Positions 63,941 through 64,000 of a stretch of 64,000 bases of DNA are shown here, piece by piece. This stretch comes from Epiperipatus broadwayi (taxonomy: Eukaryota; Animalia; Onychophora). Location of the stretch: the NCBI GenBank assembly GCA_028023455.1, contig JAQFVV010000004.1, positions 16,244,001-16,308,000 on the forward strand. Direction: 5' to 3'. The notes under the pieces were generated by a model. That model did not search any database. It was given only the letters and a program-made list of their open reading frames with translations, and was not told the origin of the DNA. Position numbers and translations under genes: made by a program. Position 1 is the first letter of the stretch. Each line of letters opens with the position of its first letter.

Positions 63941-64000
63941 GATGGAAAAAAAATTGAATATTTTGATGTCAAATTTAAAAATTGTTCTTTGAACTTCAAT

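Overview
This is a very AT-rich (roughly one quarter GC by eye), CpG-poor, gene-poor eukaryotic window. It looks intronic or intergenic, and I can support no complete host gene. The tRNA-Gly(TCC) head of its SINEs is animal-like, but the taxon cannot be fixed from sequence alone. Conventional content: an RTE-type LINE RT relic (3.2-4.0 kb), a LINE ORF2 C-terminal CCHC fragment (42.5 kb), seven tRNA-Gly-derived SINEs with A-tails and mostly recognisable TSDs, an (AAT)37 microsatellite, several tandem and inverted repeats, and decayed ORF remnants. Main result: most of the long inverted repeats are not MITEs. They are copies of at least three, probably five or six, families of small (about 330-475 nt monomer) type I hammerhead-ribozyme retroelements resembling retrozymes or Penelope-like element (PLE) derivatives. 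They show a CUGANGA/GAAA core, a very short helix III closed by a palindrome (ATACGTAT, ATGCAT, ACTAGT, ACCGGT, AACGTT) and a bulged helix I with compensatory changes. Monomers run head-to-tail and usually carry 10-16 bp TSDs. Many insertions share one architecture: an antisense arm plus a sense arm, one reaching the family 3' end and the other stopping about 30-65 nt short, with fold-back points clustering at the ribozyme. One 474-nt monomer (847-1320) has no stop codon all the way round the circle on the strand opposite the ribozyme. Ribozyme activity, circular RNA and translation are predictions, not observations.
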